A stretch of 64,000 nucleotides of DNA from Steroidobacteraceae bacterium (GTDB lineage Bacteria; Pseudomonadota; Gammaproteobacteria; Steroidobacterales; Steroidobacteraceae). The stretch spans positions 53,445-117,444 of the forward strand of contig DATJTW010000023.1 in assembly GCA_035502995.1 (NCBI GenBank), written 5' to 3'. Shown here in pieces: positions 27,418-36,679 of this stretch. The notes beneath the pieces are model-generated. The model saw nothing but the letters and a program-made list of their open reading frames with translations, was not told the DNA's origin and searched no databases. The translations under genes were made by a program, and so were the position numbers. Each line of letters begins with the position of its first letter. The stretch's first letter is position 1.

Positions 27418-28907
27418 CGAAACCCATCTCGCGCATCGCGATCATCGGCGGCGGCACGTCGGGCTGGCTCGCGGCCGCGATGTTGTGCCAGCACCTGAAG
27501 CGCGAGATCACGGAGATCGAGCTGATCGAGAGCGAGGAGCTCGGCACGATCGGCGTCGGTGAATCGACGGTGCCGCCGTTCGTGGGGTTGATCCACCGGC
27601 TCGGCATCGACGAGAACGAATTCCTGCGCGCGACGGACGGCACGTACAAGTTAGGCATCAAGTTCGTCGGCTGGCACGAGCGCAACGACTCGTATTTCCA
27701 CCCGTTCGGCGTCATCGGCAAGCCGATCGGCAGCCACGACTTCTACCAGTGCTGGCTGAAGGCGCGTTCGCAGGGCGACACGTCGGAGCTGCAGGATTTC
27801 TCGCCGTGCACGGTGATGGCGGAGCAGGGGCGGTTCTTCCACCCGGCGAAGGCGCGCAACACGCCGGTGGGCGGGGCCAACTACGCGCTGCACGTCGACG
27901 CGTTGCTGGTGGCGAAGTACCTGCGCGGTTATTCCGAGGCGCGCGGGCTGAAGCGCACCGAGGGCAAGGTCGTCTCGGTGCGGCAGCGCGAGAACGGATT
28001 CATCGACAGCGTGACGCTCGAGAACGGCCGCGAGATCCACGCGGACTTCTTCATCGACTGCACGGGCTTCAAGGCGCTGCTGATCGGCCACACGCTCGGC
28101 GTCGAGAGCCACGACTGGTCGAACTATCTACCCTGCGATCGCGCCGTCGCCTGCAAGACGGAGAACGCCGGCGCACTGACGCCGTACACGCGCGCGGCGG
28201 CACAGGCGGCGGGCTGGACGTGGCGCATCCCGCTGCAGAAACGCGTCGGCAACGGCTACGTGTATTCGAGCCAGTTCGCCAGCGACGCGACGGCGAAGGC
28301 GACGCTGCTGCGCTCGCTCGACGCGGCCGTGCTCGACGAGCCGCGCGTCATCCCGTACACCACGGGACATCGCAAGCAGTTCTGGAAGTCGAACTGCCTG
28401 TCGCTGGGTTTGTCATCCGGGTTCATCGAGCCGCTCGAGGCGACGTCGATCCACCTGATCGCGCGCGGCATGGATTTCTTCCTGCGCTACTTCCCGGACC
28501 GCGACTGCGATGCGGCGCTGGTGCGCGAGTACAACCGGCGCATGACGGCGGATTTCGAAGAGGTGCGCGACTTCATCGTGCTGCACTACTCGGCGACGCG
28601 TCGCGACGACACGCCGTTCTGGCAGCACTGCCGCAATCTGCCGCTGCCGGACACGCTGCGGGAACGCATCGAGCTGTTCAAGGCGCACGGCGCGATGCGC
28701 GAGGGCGTCGACGAGCTGTTCCGCGCGTCGAGCTGGCAGTCGGTGTTCGAAGGCATGGGCATCCGGCCCGCGAGCCCGAATCCGCGCGTGGAGAATCTCG
28801 ACTACGCGCAGATCGAGCAGACGCTGCGGAACGCGAAGGCGGCGATCGCCGGCATGGTCGAACATCTGCCGACGCACGAGCAGTTCCTGAGGACGCAGAC
28901 GGCGTAA
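27414..28907 (+). CDS. flavin-dependent halogenase homologue (tryptophan-halogenase family), copy 1
   Basis: 497-aa ORF whose GTG start overlaps the LysR stop (GTGA). Motifs IIGGGTSGW, GVGESTVPP, YKLGIKF (PrnA Lys79 equivalent), GWTWRIP (WxWxIP), FIEPLEATS (Glu346 equivalent). Confidence 0.88.
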   Translation: MTKPISRIAIIGGGTSGWLAAAMLCQHLKREITEIELIESEELGTIGVGESTVPPFVGLIHRLGIDENEFLRATDGTYKLGIKFVGWHERNDSYFHPFGVIGKPIGSHDFYQCWLKARSQGDTSELQDFSPCTVMAEQGRFFHPAKARNTPVGGANYALHVDALLVAKYLRGYSEARGLKRTEGKVVSVRQRENGFIDSVTLENGREIHADFFIDCTGFKALLIGHTLGVESHDWSNYLPCDRAVACKTENAGALTPYTRAAAQAAGWTWRIPLQKRVGNGYVYSSQFASDATAKATLLRSLDAAVLDEPRVIPYTTGHRKQFWKSNCLSLGLSSGFIEPLEATSIHLIARGMDFFLRYFPDRDCDAALVREYNRRMTADFEEVRDFIVLHYSATRRDDTPFWQHCRNLPLPDTLRERIELFKAHGAMREGVDELFRASSWQSVFEGMGIRPASPNPRVENLDYAQIEQTLRNAKAAIAGMVEHLPTHEQFLRTQTA

Positions 28908-28909
28908 TT

Positions 28910-28940
28910 GGGGACGTACCCTATTTTCTTGTAACAAAGC
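28910..28940. repeat. degenerate copy of REP-like family 1
   Basis: GGGGACGTACCCTATTTTCTTGTAACAAAGC starts 3 nt after the Hal1 stop. It aligns loosely with GGGGACATTCCTCATTTGCTAGCAAAAGG at 19280. Confidence 0.4.
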
Positions 28941-29003
28941 GCGGGCGGGTCGGGTTCCGGTCATCGCCAACTTCGCTATCATCCGCCGCGAAGGGGAACC
29001 ACG

Positions 29004-30524
29004 ATGAACAACACCGAATCCGCGCCCCGCGCGGTCAAGAAGGTCGTCATTGCCGGCGGCGGCACCGCGGGCTGGGTCGCGGCCATGGCGCTGTCGAAGT
29101 ACTTCGGCACCGTGCTCGACATCACGCTGATCGAGTCCGAGGAGATCGGTACCATCGGTGTCGGCGAATCCACCGTGCCGCCCATCGTCGGCTTCCATCG
29201 CGTGATGGGCATCGACGAGCGCGACTTCATGCACAAGTGCGCGGCCACGTTCAAGGTCGCGATCTGGTTCGAGAACTGGGGCAAGGTCGGCGACTGGTAC
29301 CTGCATCCGTTCGGCCGCTACGGCCAGTCGTCGCAGATGATCGAGTTCTACCACTTCTGGCTGCACGCGCGTTCGCTCGGCCTCAAGGTGCCGATCGGCG
29401 AGTACTGCTACGAGTGGCTGGCCGCCGTCAAGAACCGCTTCGCGCTGCGCGAGAACCCGCGCATCAACTACGCCTATCACTTCGACGCCGCGTTGTACGC
29501 TCGTTACCTGCGCGGCCTCTCCGAGAAACGCGGCGTGAAACGCGTCGAGGGGAAGATCAAGACCGTGCGCGTGCGCGATGGCCACGGCGACGTCTCCGCG
29601 CTGGAGCTCGAGAGCGGGCAGATCATCGAGGGCGACCTCTTCATCGACTGCACCGGCTTCCGCGGCCTGCTCACCGAAGGCGCGCTGCAGACGGGTTACG
29701 AAGACTGGTCGCACTGGCTGCCCTGCGACAGCGCCGTCGCGTTCCAGACGCGCGTCGACAAACCGGCCGCGCCTTACACGGCGTGTTACGCGCACACCGC
29801 GGGCTGGCGCTGGAACATCCCCGTGCAGCATCGCGTCGGCAACGGCGTGGTGTTCTGCAGCCAGTACATGTCGGCCGATGAAGCGCGGGCGTTGCTGCTG
29901 AAGGATTCGGGCGGCACGCCGGTGAAGGACCCGTGGCTGGTGAAGATCAAGGCCGGGCGGCGGCTGAAGGCGTGGAACAAGAACGTCGTGGCGTTCGGCT
30001 TGTCGTCGGGGTTCATCGAGCCGCTCGAGTCGACCAGCATCCACACGATCACGACCGCGGCGATGCGCCTGGTGAACCTGTTCCCGTTCAACGGCGTGAA
30101 CGACGCGCTGCGCGACCAGTACAACGAGCTCGCCAAGTACGAATTCGAACGAATCCGCGATTTCGTCGTGATGCACTACCACTACAACCAGCGCGAGGAT
30201 GCGCCGTTCTGGAAGATGTGCCGCGAGATGGAGATCCCGGAGTCGCTGCGCACGCGCGTCGAGCTGTTCCGCCAGGGCGGGCACGCGTATTCGAAGGACA
30301 ACGAGCTGATGACGGTGGACTCGTGGGTGTCCGTGGCGATGGGCCAGCACATCGAGCCGCAGACGTACAACCGCTTCGCGAGCGTGGGAGACGGCGAGCT
30401 GCGCGACTTCCTGACGAAGCATCGCGCGCAGGTCGCGTCGATCGTCAACGCGTTGCCGGCGCACGCGGATTTCGTGAAGCAGTATTGCGGGGCGGATGAG
30501 AGCGCGTGGAACGTGGGCAGGTAG
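29004..30524 (+). CDS. flavin-dependent halogenase homologue, copy 2
   Basis: 506-aa ORF with AAGGGGA about 7 nt upstream of the ATG. Motifs IAGGGTAGW, GVGESTVPP, FKVAIWF, GWRWNIP, FIEPLESTS. Confidence 0.9.
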   Translation: MNNTESAPRAVKKVVIAGGGTAGWVAAMALSKYFGTVLDITLIESEEIGTIGVGESTVPPIVGFHRVMGIDERDFMHKCAATFKVAIWFENWGKVGDWYLHPFGRYGQSSQMIEFYHFWLHARSLGLKVPIGEYCYEWLAAVKNRFALRENPRINYAYHFDAALYARYLRGLSEKRGVKRVEGKIKTVRVRDGHGDVSALELESGQIIEGDLFIDCTGFRGLLTEGALQTGYEDWSHWLPCDSAVAFQTRVDKPAAPYTACYAHTAGWRWNIPVQHRVGNGVVFCSQYMSADEARALLLKDSGGTPVKDPWLVKIKAGRRLKAWNKNVVAFGLSSGFIEPLESTSIHTITTAAMRLVNLFPFNGVNDALRDQYNELAKYEFERIRDFVVMHYHYNQREDAPFWKMCREMEIPESLRTRVELFRQGGHAYSKDNELMTVDSWVSVAMGQHIEPQTYNRFASVGDGELRDFLTKHRAQVASIVNALPAHADFVKQYCGADESAWNVGR

Positions 30525-30527
30525 GAG

Positions 30528-31799
30528 TTGGCACCAACCCCAACCTTGATCTTCTTCCTGCAGATGTTCGTCATCCTCGCGGCCTGCCGCCTGTGTGGCT
30601 GGCTCGTGCGTCGCGGGTTGCGCCAGCCGCAGGTCATCGGCGAGATGATCGCCGGCGTGCTGCTCGGCCCGTCGTTGTTAGGCGCCATCGCGCCGCAGGT
30701 TCAGCAGTTCCTGTTCCCGCCGGAATCGCGGCCGATGCTCGGCGTCGTCGCGCAGCTCGGCATCGCCATCTACATGTTCCTCGTCGGCCTCGATTTCCGC
30801 AGCGCGGACTTCAAGTCGAACGTGCGCGGCGCCGTCTCCGTCTCGCTGACCGGCATCGTCGTGCCGTTCATCGTCGCGATCCTCGCCACGCCGACCCTGC
30901 TCGACATCCCCGACCTCTTCACCGCCCACGTCTCGCGCTTCGACGCGACGCTGTTCCTCGGCGCGGCCATCGCGATCACCGCGTTCCCCGTGCTCGCGCG
31001 CATCATCAACGACCGCAATCTGAACGGCACGAGCATCGCCACGCTCGCGCTCGCCGCCGCGGCGATTGGTGACGCCATCGCGTGGTGCGTCGTGGCCGTC
31101 GTGCTTGCGAGCCTCGGCGCGGGCACACGCGTCGCCGTCATCGCGATCGTCGGCGGCGCCGTCCTCACCGCCGTCCTCATCCTGCTGGGCCCGAAGCTGC
31201 TCGCGCCGCTCGGCCGTCTCGCGGAGCGCGAGCACGCGGCGGGTCGCGCGCTGAGCCCGACCGTCCTCGCGATCGCATTGATGGCCTGCACGTTGTCCGC
31301 GTACGTCTCCGACGCCATCGGCCTGCACGCCGTGTTCGGTGCGTTCCTCATCGGCACCGCCATGCCGCGCGGCGTGTTCGCCGAACGCCTGCACGAACTG
31401 CTCGCGCCGTTCACGCTCGTGTTCCTGCTGCCCGTGTTCTTCACGTTCTCCGGTCTGAACACGCGACTGACGATGGTCAACACGCCGACACTCGCGTGGA
31501 TCGCCGTTGGCATCCTCGTCGCTTCCATCTTCGCGAAGTTCGTCGCCTGCTGGGGCGCTGCCCGCATCTCGGGACAGAGCAACGATCGCGCGCTCGGCAT
31601 CGGCGCGCTGATGAATGCGCGCGGTCTCACCGAGCTGATCATCATCAACATCGGATTGCAGGCCGGGATCATCGGCGTGTCCCTGTTTTCGATCCTCGTG
31701 TTGATGGCGATCGTGACGACCCTTATGGCCTCGCCCTTGTTCGAGCTCGTGTACGGTCGGGTCGCGCGCGTACGGGGAGAAATTCCACCACTCCATTGA
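30528..31799 (+). CDS. CPA2-family cation:proton antiporter, membrane domain only (no RCK/KTN domain), copy 1
   Basis: 423-aa ORF starting (TTG) 3 nt after the Hal2 stop; the start is uncertain. Na+/H+-exchanger family N-terminus FFLQMFVILAACRLCGWL..QPQVIGEMIAGVLLGPS and about 12 hydrophobic segments. Confidence 0.85.
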   Translation: MAPTPTLIFFLQMFVILAACRLCGWLVRRGLRQPQVIGEMIAGVLLGPSLLGAIAPQVQQFLFPPESRPMLGVVAQLGIAIYMFLVGLDFRSADFKSNVRGAVSVSLTGIVVPFIVAILATPTLLDIPDLFTAHVSRFDATLFLGAAIAITAFPVLARIINDRNLNGTSIATLALAAAAIGDAIAWCVVAVVLASLGAGTRVAVIAIVGGAVLTAVLILLGPKLLAPLGRLAEREHAAGRALSPTVLAIALMACTLSAYVSDAIGLHAVFGAFLIGTAMPRGVFAERLHELLAPFTLVFLLPVFFTFSGLNTRLTMVNTPTLAWIAVGILVASIFAKFVACWGAARISGQSNDRALGIGALMNARGLTELIIINIGLQAGIIGVSLFSILVLMAIVTTLMASPLFELVYGRVARVRGEIPPLH

Positions 31800-31845
31800 T
31801 CAAATTAATGGTGTGCGCGATGCGCGTTGTGGATATAAACGCGCC

Positions 31846-33369
31846 ATGCAAGGAAAGACGACGCACGCACGAAGCGATGCACCCGGTGCCGTGAAGAAAG
31901 TGGTGATCGCCGGCGGCGGCACGGCGGGCTGGATGACGGCCGCGGCGTTGTCGACGTACTTCGCGGATCTCGTCGAGATCACGCTGGTCGAGTCGGAGGA
32001 GATCGGCACCATCGGCGTCGGCGAATCGACGGTGCCGCCGCTGCAGAAATTCCACCGCGTGCTCGGCATCAGCGAGCGCGAGTTCATGACCGAATGCGCG
32101 GCGACGTTCAAGCTCGGCATCTGGTTCGAGAACTGGGGCCATCTCGGCGAGAAGTACCTGCATCCCTTCGGCGTGTACGGCCAACCCTCGCTGACCTGCG
32201 ACTTCCACAACTTCTGGCTGCGCGGCCGCGAGATCGGCCTCGACGAGCCGCTCGGCGCGTACAACCACGAGTGGTCGGCCGGCATGCAGGGCAAGTTCGC
32301 GCTGCACGAGAATCCGCGCATCAACTACGCGTACCACTTCGACGCCGCGCTGTACGCGCGTTTCCTGCGGCGCATCTGCGAACGGCGCGGCGTGCGCCGC
32401 GTGGAAGGGAAGATCCGGCACGTGCGGCTCGCGGCGAACGGCGACGTGCAGGCGCTCGAGCTCGCCGACGACCGCGTCGTGGAGGGCGACTTCTTCGTCG
32501 ACTGCACGGGCTTCCGCGGCCTGCTGATCGAGCAGGCGCTGCACACCGGCTACGAGGACTGGTCCAACTATCTACCCTGCGACAGCGCGGTCGCGTTCCA
32601 GACGCGCGTCGACACGCCGCCCGCGCCGTACACCGCCTGCTACGCGCACACGGCCGGCTGGCGCTGGAACATCCCCGTGCAACATCGCGTCGGCAACGGC
32701 GTCGTGTATTGCAGCCGTTACATGTCGGACGACGAGGCGCGGCACCTGCTCGTCACGGAGTCCGGCGGCACGCCGGTGAAGGAGCCGTGGCAGATCCGCA
32801 CGCGCGCCGGACGGCGCAAGAAGGCGTGGAACCGCAACGTCATCGCCATCGGGTTGTCGAGCGGGTTCGTCGAGCCGCTGGAGTCGACCAGCATCCACAT
32901 GATCATGTCGGCGGCGAGCCGGCTGCTGCACTTCTTCCCGTTCAGCGGGATGAAGGCGCCCGTGGTCGAGCACTACAACCGGCTGGCGCGCGCGGAGATC
33001 GAGCACATCCGCGATTTCGTCTGCATGCACTATTACCTGACGACGCGCGACGATTCGCCGTTCTGGCGCTACTGCCGCGCGATGGAGATCCCGGAGTCGC
33101 TGCGCCGGCGCATCGATCTCTTCAGGAAGGAAGCGTACGTGTACGTCGAGGACGGCGACCTGTTCGCGATCGATTCGTGGATCGCGGTGATGATGGGGCA
33201 GGGCATCGAGCCCGAGAGTTACCACCATTTCCCGCGCACGAACGACGGCGAGCTGACGCGCTATCTCGCGCAGATGCGCGAGCGGGTCGCGAAGGTGGTG
33301 GCGCCGCTGCCGGCGCATGCGGATTTCGTGCGCAAATACTGCGGGGCCAGCGAGGCTGCGTGGGGATAG
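31846..33369 (+). CDS. flavin-dependent halogenase homologue, copy 3 (paralogue of copy 2)
   Basis: Track ORF 31813..33369. ATG 31846 is preferred by comparison with the copy 2 N-terminus. Motifs IAGGGTAGW, GVGESTVPP, FKLGIWF, GWRWNIP, FVEPLESTS. Confidence 0.88.
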   Translation: MQGKTTHARSDAPGAVKKVVIAGGGTAGWMTAAALSTYFADLVEITLVESEEIGTIGVGESTVPPLQKFHRVLGISEREFMTECAATFKLGIWFENWGHLGEKYLHPFGVYGQPSLTCDFHNFWLRGREIGLDEPLGAYNHEWSAGMQGKFALHENPRINYAYHFDAALYARFLRRICERRGVRRVEGKIRHVRLAANGDVQALELADDRVVEGDFFVDCTGFRGLLIEQALHTGYEDWSNYLPCDSAVAFQTRVDTPPAPYTACYAHTAGWRWNIPVQHRVGNGVVYCSRYMSDDEARHLLVTESGGTPVKEPWQIRTRAGRRKKAWNRNVIAIGLSSGFVEPLESTSIHMIMSAASRLLHFFPFSGMKAPVVEHYNRLARAEIEHIRDFVCMHYYLTTRDDSPFWRYCRAMEIPESLRRRIDLFRKEAYVYVEDGDLFAIDSWIAVMMGQGIEPESYHHFPRTNDGELTRYLAQMRERVAKVVAPLPAHADFVRKYCGASEAAWG

Positions 33370-33483
33370 CCTCTCCATAGGCAGAATCAATCAGCCGCCG
33401 ACTGGCCGTCCACCACCCCCACTGCCTATAACGACACCCACAACGACAAGGACCTCAACGGTCCGACGATCAACGGGGGTTCC

Positions 33484-34770
33484 ATGGGTGTCGCGAAGCT
33501 GTCGATCACGTTCTTTTTGCAGATGGCCGTCATCCTGGCCACCTGCCGCGTCGTCGGCTGGCTCGGCCAGAAGTACCTGAAGCAGCCGCAGGTCGTCTGC
33601 GAAATGATCGCCGGCGTGCTGCTCGGCCCGTCGCTGTTCGGCCTCGTCGCCCCCGACATCCAGAAGGTCGTCTTCACGCCCGAGAACAAGGGCGTGCTGT
33701 ATGTCGGCGCGCAGTTCGGCGTCGGCCTCTACATGTTCCTGGTCGGCCTCGGCTTCCGCACCGACCACTTCCGCAAGAACGTGCACAAGGCCGCGTCGGT
33801 CTCGCTGGCCGGCATGTTCGTCCCGTTCCTCGTCGCCATCGCGATCACGCCGCTGCTGATGGAGGTGCCCGGCCTGTTCGCGGCAACGGCCTCGCGTTTC
33901 GACGCGACATTGTTCATGGGCGCGGCCATCGCCATCACCGCGTTCCCGATGCTCGCGCGCATCATCCACGAGCGCGGCCTGTCGGGCACGCCGCTCGGCA
34001 CGCTGGCGCTGTCGGCTGGCGCCATCGACGATGCCGCCGCGTGGTGCGTGCTGGCCGTGGTGCTCGCCAGCTTCGGCAACGCCGGCCACGGCGTCGCGTA
34101 CACGGCGATCATCGGCGGCGTGATCTTCGCGGGTGTCGTGCTGTTGATCGTCCCGCGGCTGCTGGCGCCGCTGGCGCGCCGCGCGGAGCGCGAGGCCGCA
34201 GCCGGCAAACCGCTGAACTCCAGCATCTTCGCCATCGTGCTGACGCTCTTCATGCTCAGCGCGTTCACCGCCGACGCCATCGGCCTGCACGCCGTGTTCG
34301 GCGGCTTCCTGCTCGGCTGCGTGATGCCGCGCGGCATTCTCGCCGACAGCATCCGCAAGCAGCTCGAGCCGTTCACCGTCATCGTGCTGCTGCCGATGTT
34401 CTTCACCTACTCGGGCCTCAACACGCAGCTCACGCTGGTCGCCGATCCCTATCTACTGGCCGTCGCGCTCGGCGTGCTCGCGTGCTCCATCCTCGCGAAG
34501 TTCGGCGCGTGCTGGGCCGCGGCGCGGCTCTCGGGCCAGGACAACCGCACGGCGCTCGGCGTCGGCGCGCTGATGAACGCGCGCGGACTGATGGAGCTGA
34601 TCATCATCAACATCGGCCTGCAGGCCGGCGTGATCGGCCCGGCGTTGTTCTCGATGCTGGTGCTGATGGCGATCGTCACCACGCTGATGGCGTCGCCGCT
34701 GTTCGAAGCGGTGTACGGCCGCCACGCGCGCGCGAGTGGCGAGCTCGGAGCAATCGAAAGCGCGCGTTGA
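33484..34770 (+). CDS. CPA2-family cation:proton antiporter, membrane domain only, copy 2
   Basis: 428-aa ORF with GGGGG upstream of the ATG. FFLQMAVILATCRVVGWL..QPQVVCEMIAGVLLGPS. 70 of 117 residues are identical to copy 1 in the stretch I aligned by hand. Confidence 0.88.
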   Translation: MGVAKLSITFFLQMAVILATCRVVGWLGQKYLKQPQVVCEMIAGVLLGPSLFGLVAPDIQKVVFTPENKGVLYVGAQFGVGLYMFLVGLGFRTDHFRKNVHKAASVSLAGMFVPFLVAIAITPLLMEVPGLFAATASRFDATLFMGAAIAITAFPMLARIIHERGLSGTPLGTLALSAGAIDDAAAWCVLAVVLASFGNAGHGVAYTAIIGGVIFAGVVLLIVPRLLAPLARRAEREAAAGKPLNSSIFAIVLTLFMLSAFTADAIGLHAVFGGFLLGCVMPRGILADSIRKQLEPFTVIVLLPMFFTYSGLNTQLTLVADPYLLAVALGVLACSILAKFGACWAAARLSGQDNRTALGVGALMNARGLMELIIINIGLQAGVIGPALFSMLVLMAIVTTLMASPLFEAVYGRHARASGELGAIESAR

Positions 34771-35018
34771 TCATGCGTTGAAAGTTTTTCCTTCCCCGGT
34801 CGATGACGTCGGCAAGCCCCCCGCTCGACCACGTCATCGATCGGGCGAGGGATTTCTCGCGAGAGGGATGAGCCCTACGGGTTTTCCCATCGCAGAATGA
34901 TTCCATCGCTGTGACTGCGATCACTCAGTCTCTGCACCTCGATGCCGTTAAATGACACATGAAGTGTCTGGTTATCGAGGGGCTCCCGCGTCCGCGGCGA
35001 GTGTCTCCCCGGGGGAAA

Positions 35019-36239
35019 ATGATTTTCCGCATCTCCATGTTCCTGGTCCTCTCGATGGGCGCGGCGTCGCTGTGCGCGCAGGATTTCCGCGAGGATCGCT
35101 TCGCCGTGCGCGGCTTCGGCACGATCGCCGCGGTGACGCACGACACCGATGACGTCGAGTTCCGCCGCAACACCGGCCAGTCCGATGGCGCGGGCGCCGG
35201 CGAAGTGGAGTTCGCCAGCGATTCGCTGCTCGGCGTCCAGCTGAGCGCGAAGCTGCCGGCCGACTTCGACGTCGTCGTGCAGGGCGTCACGCACCAGCGC
35301 GCCGACGGCGACTGGGTGCCGCAGCTGACGCAGGGTTACCTGCGCTGGTCGCCGGACGATTCGTTCGTCGTGCGCGCCGGCCGCGTCGGTTACGACATCT
35401 ATCTCCTCGCCGAGTCCCGCCAGGTCGGCTACTCCTATCTATCGGCGCGCCCGTCGCCGGAGTTCTACGGCCAGATCAGCAACGACGACATCGACGGCGG
35501 CGATCTCACCTACAAGCGCCGCATCGGCGGCGGCCTGGTGCGCGCGCGCCTGTTCGCCGGCGCAGGCGACGGCGAGCTCGCGTTCGAGGACGGCACCAGC
35601 TCCGAATCGCAGCAGCGCCTCGTCGGCGCGACGCTCGACTACCTGCGCGGCGGCTGGACCGCGCGCATCGCGATGGTCCAGATCAGCTACGACGCCGGCA
35701 ACGACATCCCGCTGCTGGTCGCCGGCCTGCGCGCCACCGGGCTGCCGCAGGCGGCGTCCATCGCCAACGATCTCGACGAGCGCGTCTACCACTCGTTCGG
35801 CGTGCAGGCGGGCGTCGCCTACGACGACGGTCCGCTGCAGGCGCAGCTGCTGTACGGCTTCGCCAACTCGGATTCGATCTCCGGCCCCGATTTCAACAAG
35901 GTGCTCGCCGAGGTCGGCTATCGCCTGGACCGCTGGACGCCGTTCGTCGCGTTCGCGACCTCGCGCGACCGCAACCCGATCCGCACCACCGGCCTGCCCG
36001 ACCTGCCGATGTTCGCGCCGCTGAACGGCGCCATCGTGCGCATCCAGGAAGTCACGCGCTCGACGCAGCACACGGCTACGGCCGGCGTGCGCTACGACCT
36101 GTCGTCGCATTTCGATTTCAAGCTGCAGGTCGATCGCATGCACGCGGCCGACACCTCGCTGCTGTTCGACCGCCGGCCGGACGCCGGCAGCCCGGTGGAT
36201 CTCACCGTGTTCACCGCCTCCGTCGACTTCGTGTTCTGA
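35019..36239 (+). CDS. outer-membrane beta-barrel (porin-like) protein
   Basis: Track ORF 34959..36239 trimmed to ATG 35019. Signal peptide MIFRISMFLVLSMGAASLCAQ, alternating strand pattern and a C-terminal aromatic residue (SVDFVF). Confidence 0.75.
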   Translation: MIFRISMFLVLSMGAASLCAQDFREDRFAVRGFGTIAAVTHDTDDVEFRRNTGQSDGAGAGEVEFASDSLLGVQLSAKLPADFDVVVQGVTHQRADGDWVPQLTQGYLRWSPDDSFVVRAGRVGYDIYLLAESRQVGYSYLSARPSPEFYGQISNDDIDGGDLTYKRRIGGGLVRARLFAGAGDGELAFEDGTSSESQQRLVGATLDYLRGGWTARIAMVQISYDAGNDIPLLVAGLRATGLPQAASIANDLDERVYHSFGVQAGVAYDDGPLQAQLLYGFANSDSISGPDFNKVLAEVGYRLDRWTPFVAFATSRDRNPIRTTGLPDLPMFAPLNGAIVRIQEVTRSTQHTATAGVRYDLSSHFDFKLQVDRMHAADTSLLFDRRPDAGSPVDLTVFTASVDFVF

Positions 36240-36244
36240 CCGCC

Positions 36245-36679
36245 ATGAAACGCCTCGTCGCCATCCTGATGCTCGCCCTGGCGCTGCCCGTCGCGCGTGC
36301 CGACGACGCGCCCGCGGGCATCGTCGTCATCGTGAACCCGGCGAGCGGCGTCGAGCGCCTGACGCGCAGCGAGGTCATCGACATCTTCCTCGGCCGCTAT
36401 CGCAAGTTGCCCACCGGGCAGCTCGCGCTGCCCATCGACGTCGCGGAGGGCGGCCCGGAGCGCGCGCAGTTCTACCAGCAGCTGGTGAAGAAGAGTCCGG
36501 CGGAGATGAGTTCGTACTGGGCGCGATTGGTGTTCTCCGGCCAGACCTCGCCGCCGTTCCAGGTGCCGGACGTGAAGACCGCGCTGCAGCTCGTGGAGAG
36601 CAATCCGAACGCCATCGCCTACGTGGACCGCGCCGCCGTGAATCCGAAAGTGAAGGTGGTGCTTGAAATCCGGCCCTGA
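36245..36679 (+). CDS. small periplasmic PstS/PBP-like (type 2 binding-protein fold) protein
   Basis: 144-aa ORF with signal peptide MKRLVAILMLALALPVARA. PBP_like_2-type pattern IVVIVNPASGVERLTRSEVIDIFLGR ... YWARLVFSG ... AIAYVD. Confidence 0.65.
   Translation: MKRLVAILMLALALPVARADDAPAGIVVIVNPASGVERLTRSEVIDIFLGRYRKLPTGQLALPIDVAEGGPERAQFYQQLVKKSPAEMSSYWARLVFSGQTSPPFQVPDVKTALQLVESNPNAIAYVDRAAVNPKVKVVLEIRP

Noticed and set aside
25877-28131. Octamer orientation switch (GTAGATAG mostly before about 26 kb, CTATCTAC after 28 kb) as a sign of a replication origin or terminus
   Set aside because: The orientation tracks the strand of the host gene in 12 of 15 cases. Gene orientation itself changes here, AAACTAC copies do not show the same switch, and 4585 is an exception. 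The signal is confounded and not supported.
28413-30464. 683-aa minus-strand ORF (similar ORFs at 31723..32544 and 32572..33390)
   Set aside because: These are antisense shadows of the halogenase genes, whose motifs are unambiguous on the + strand.
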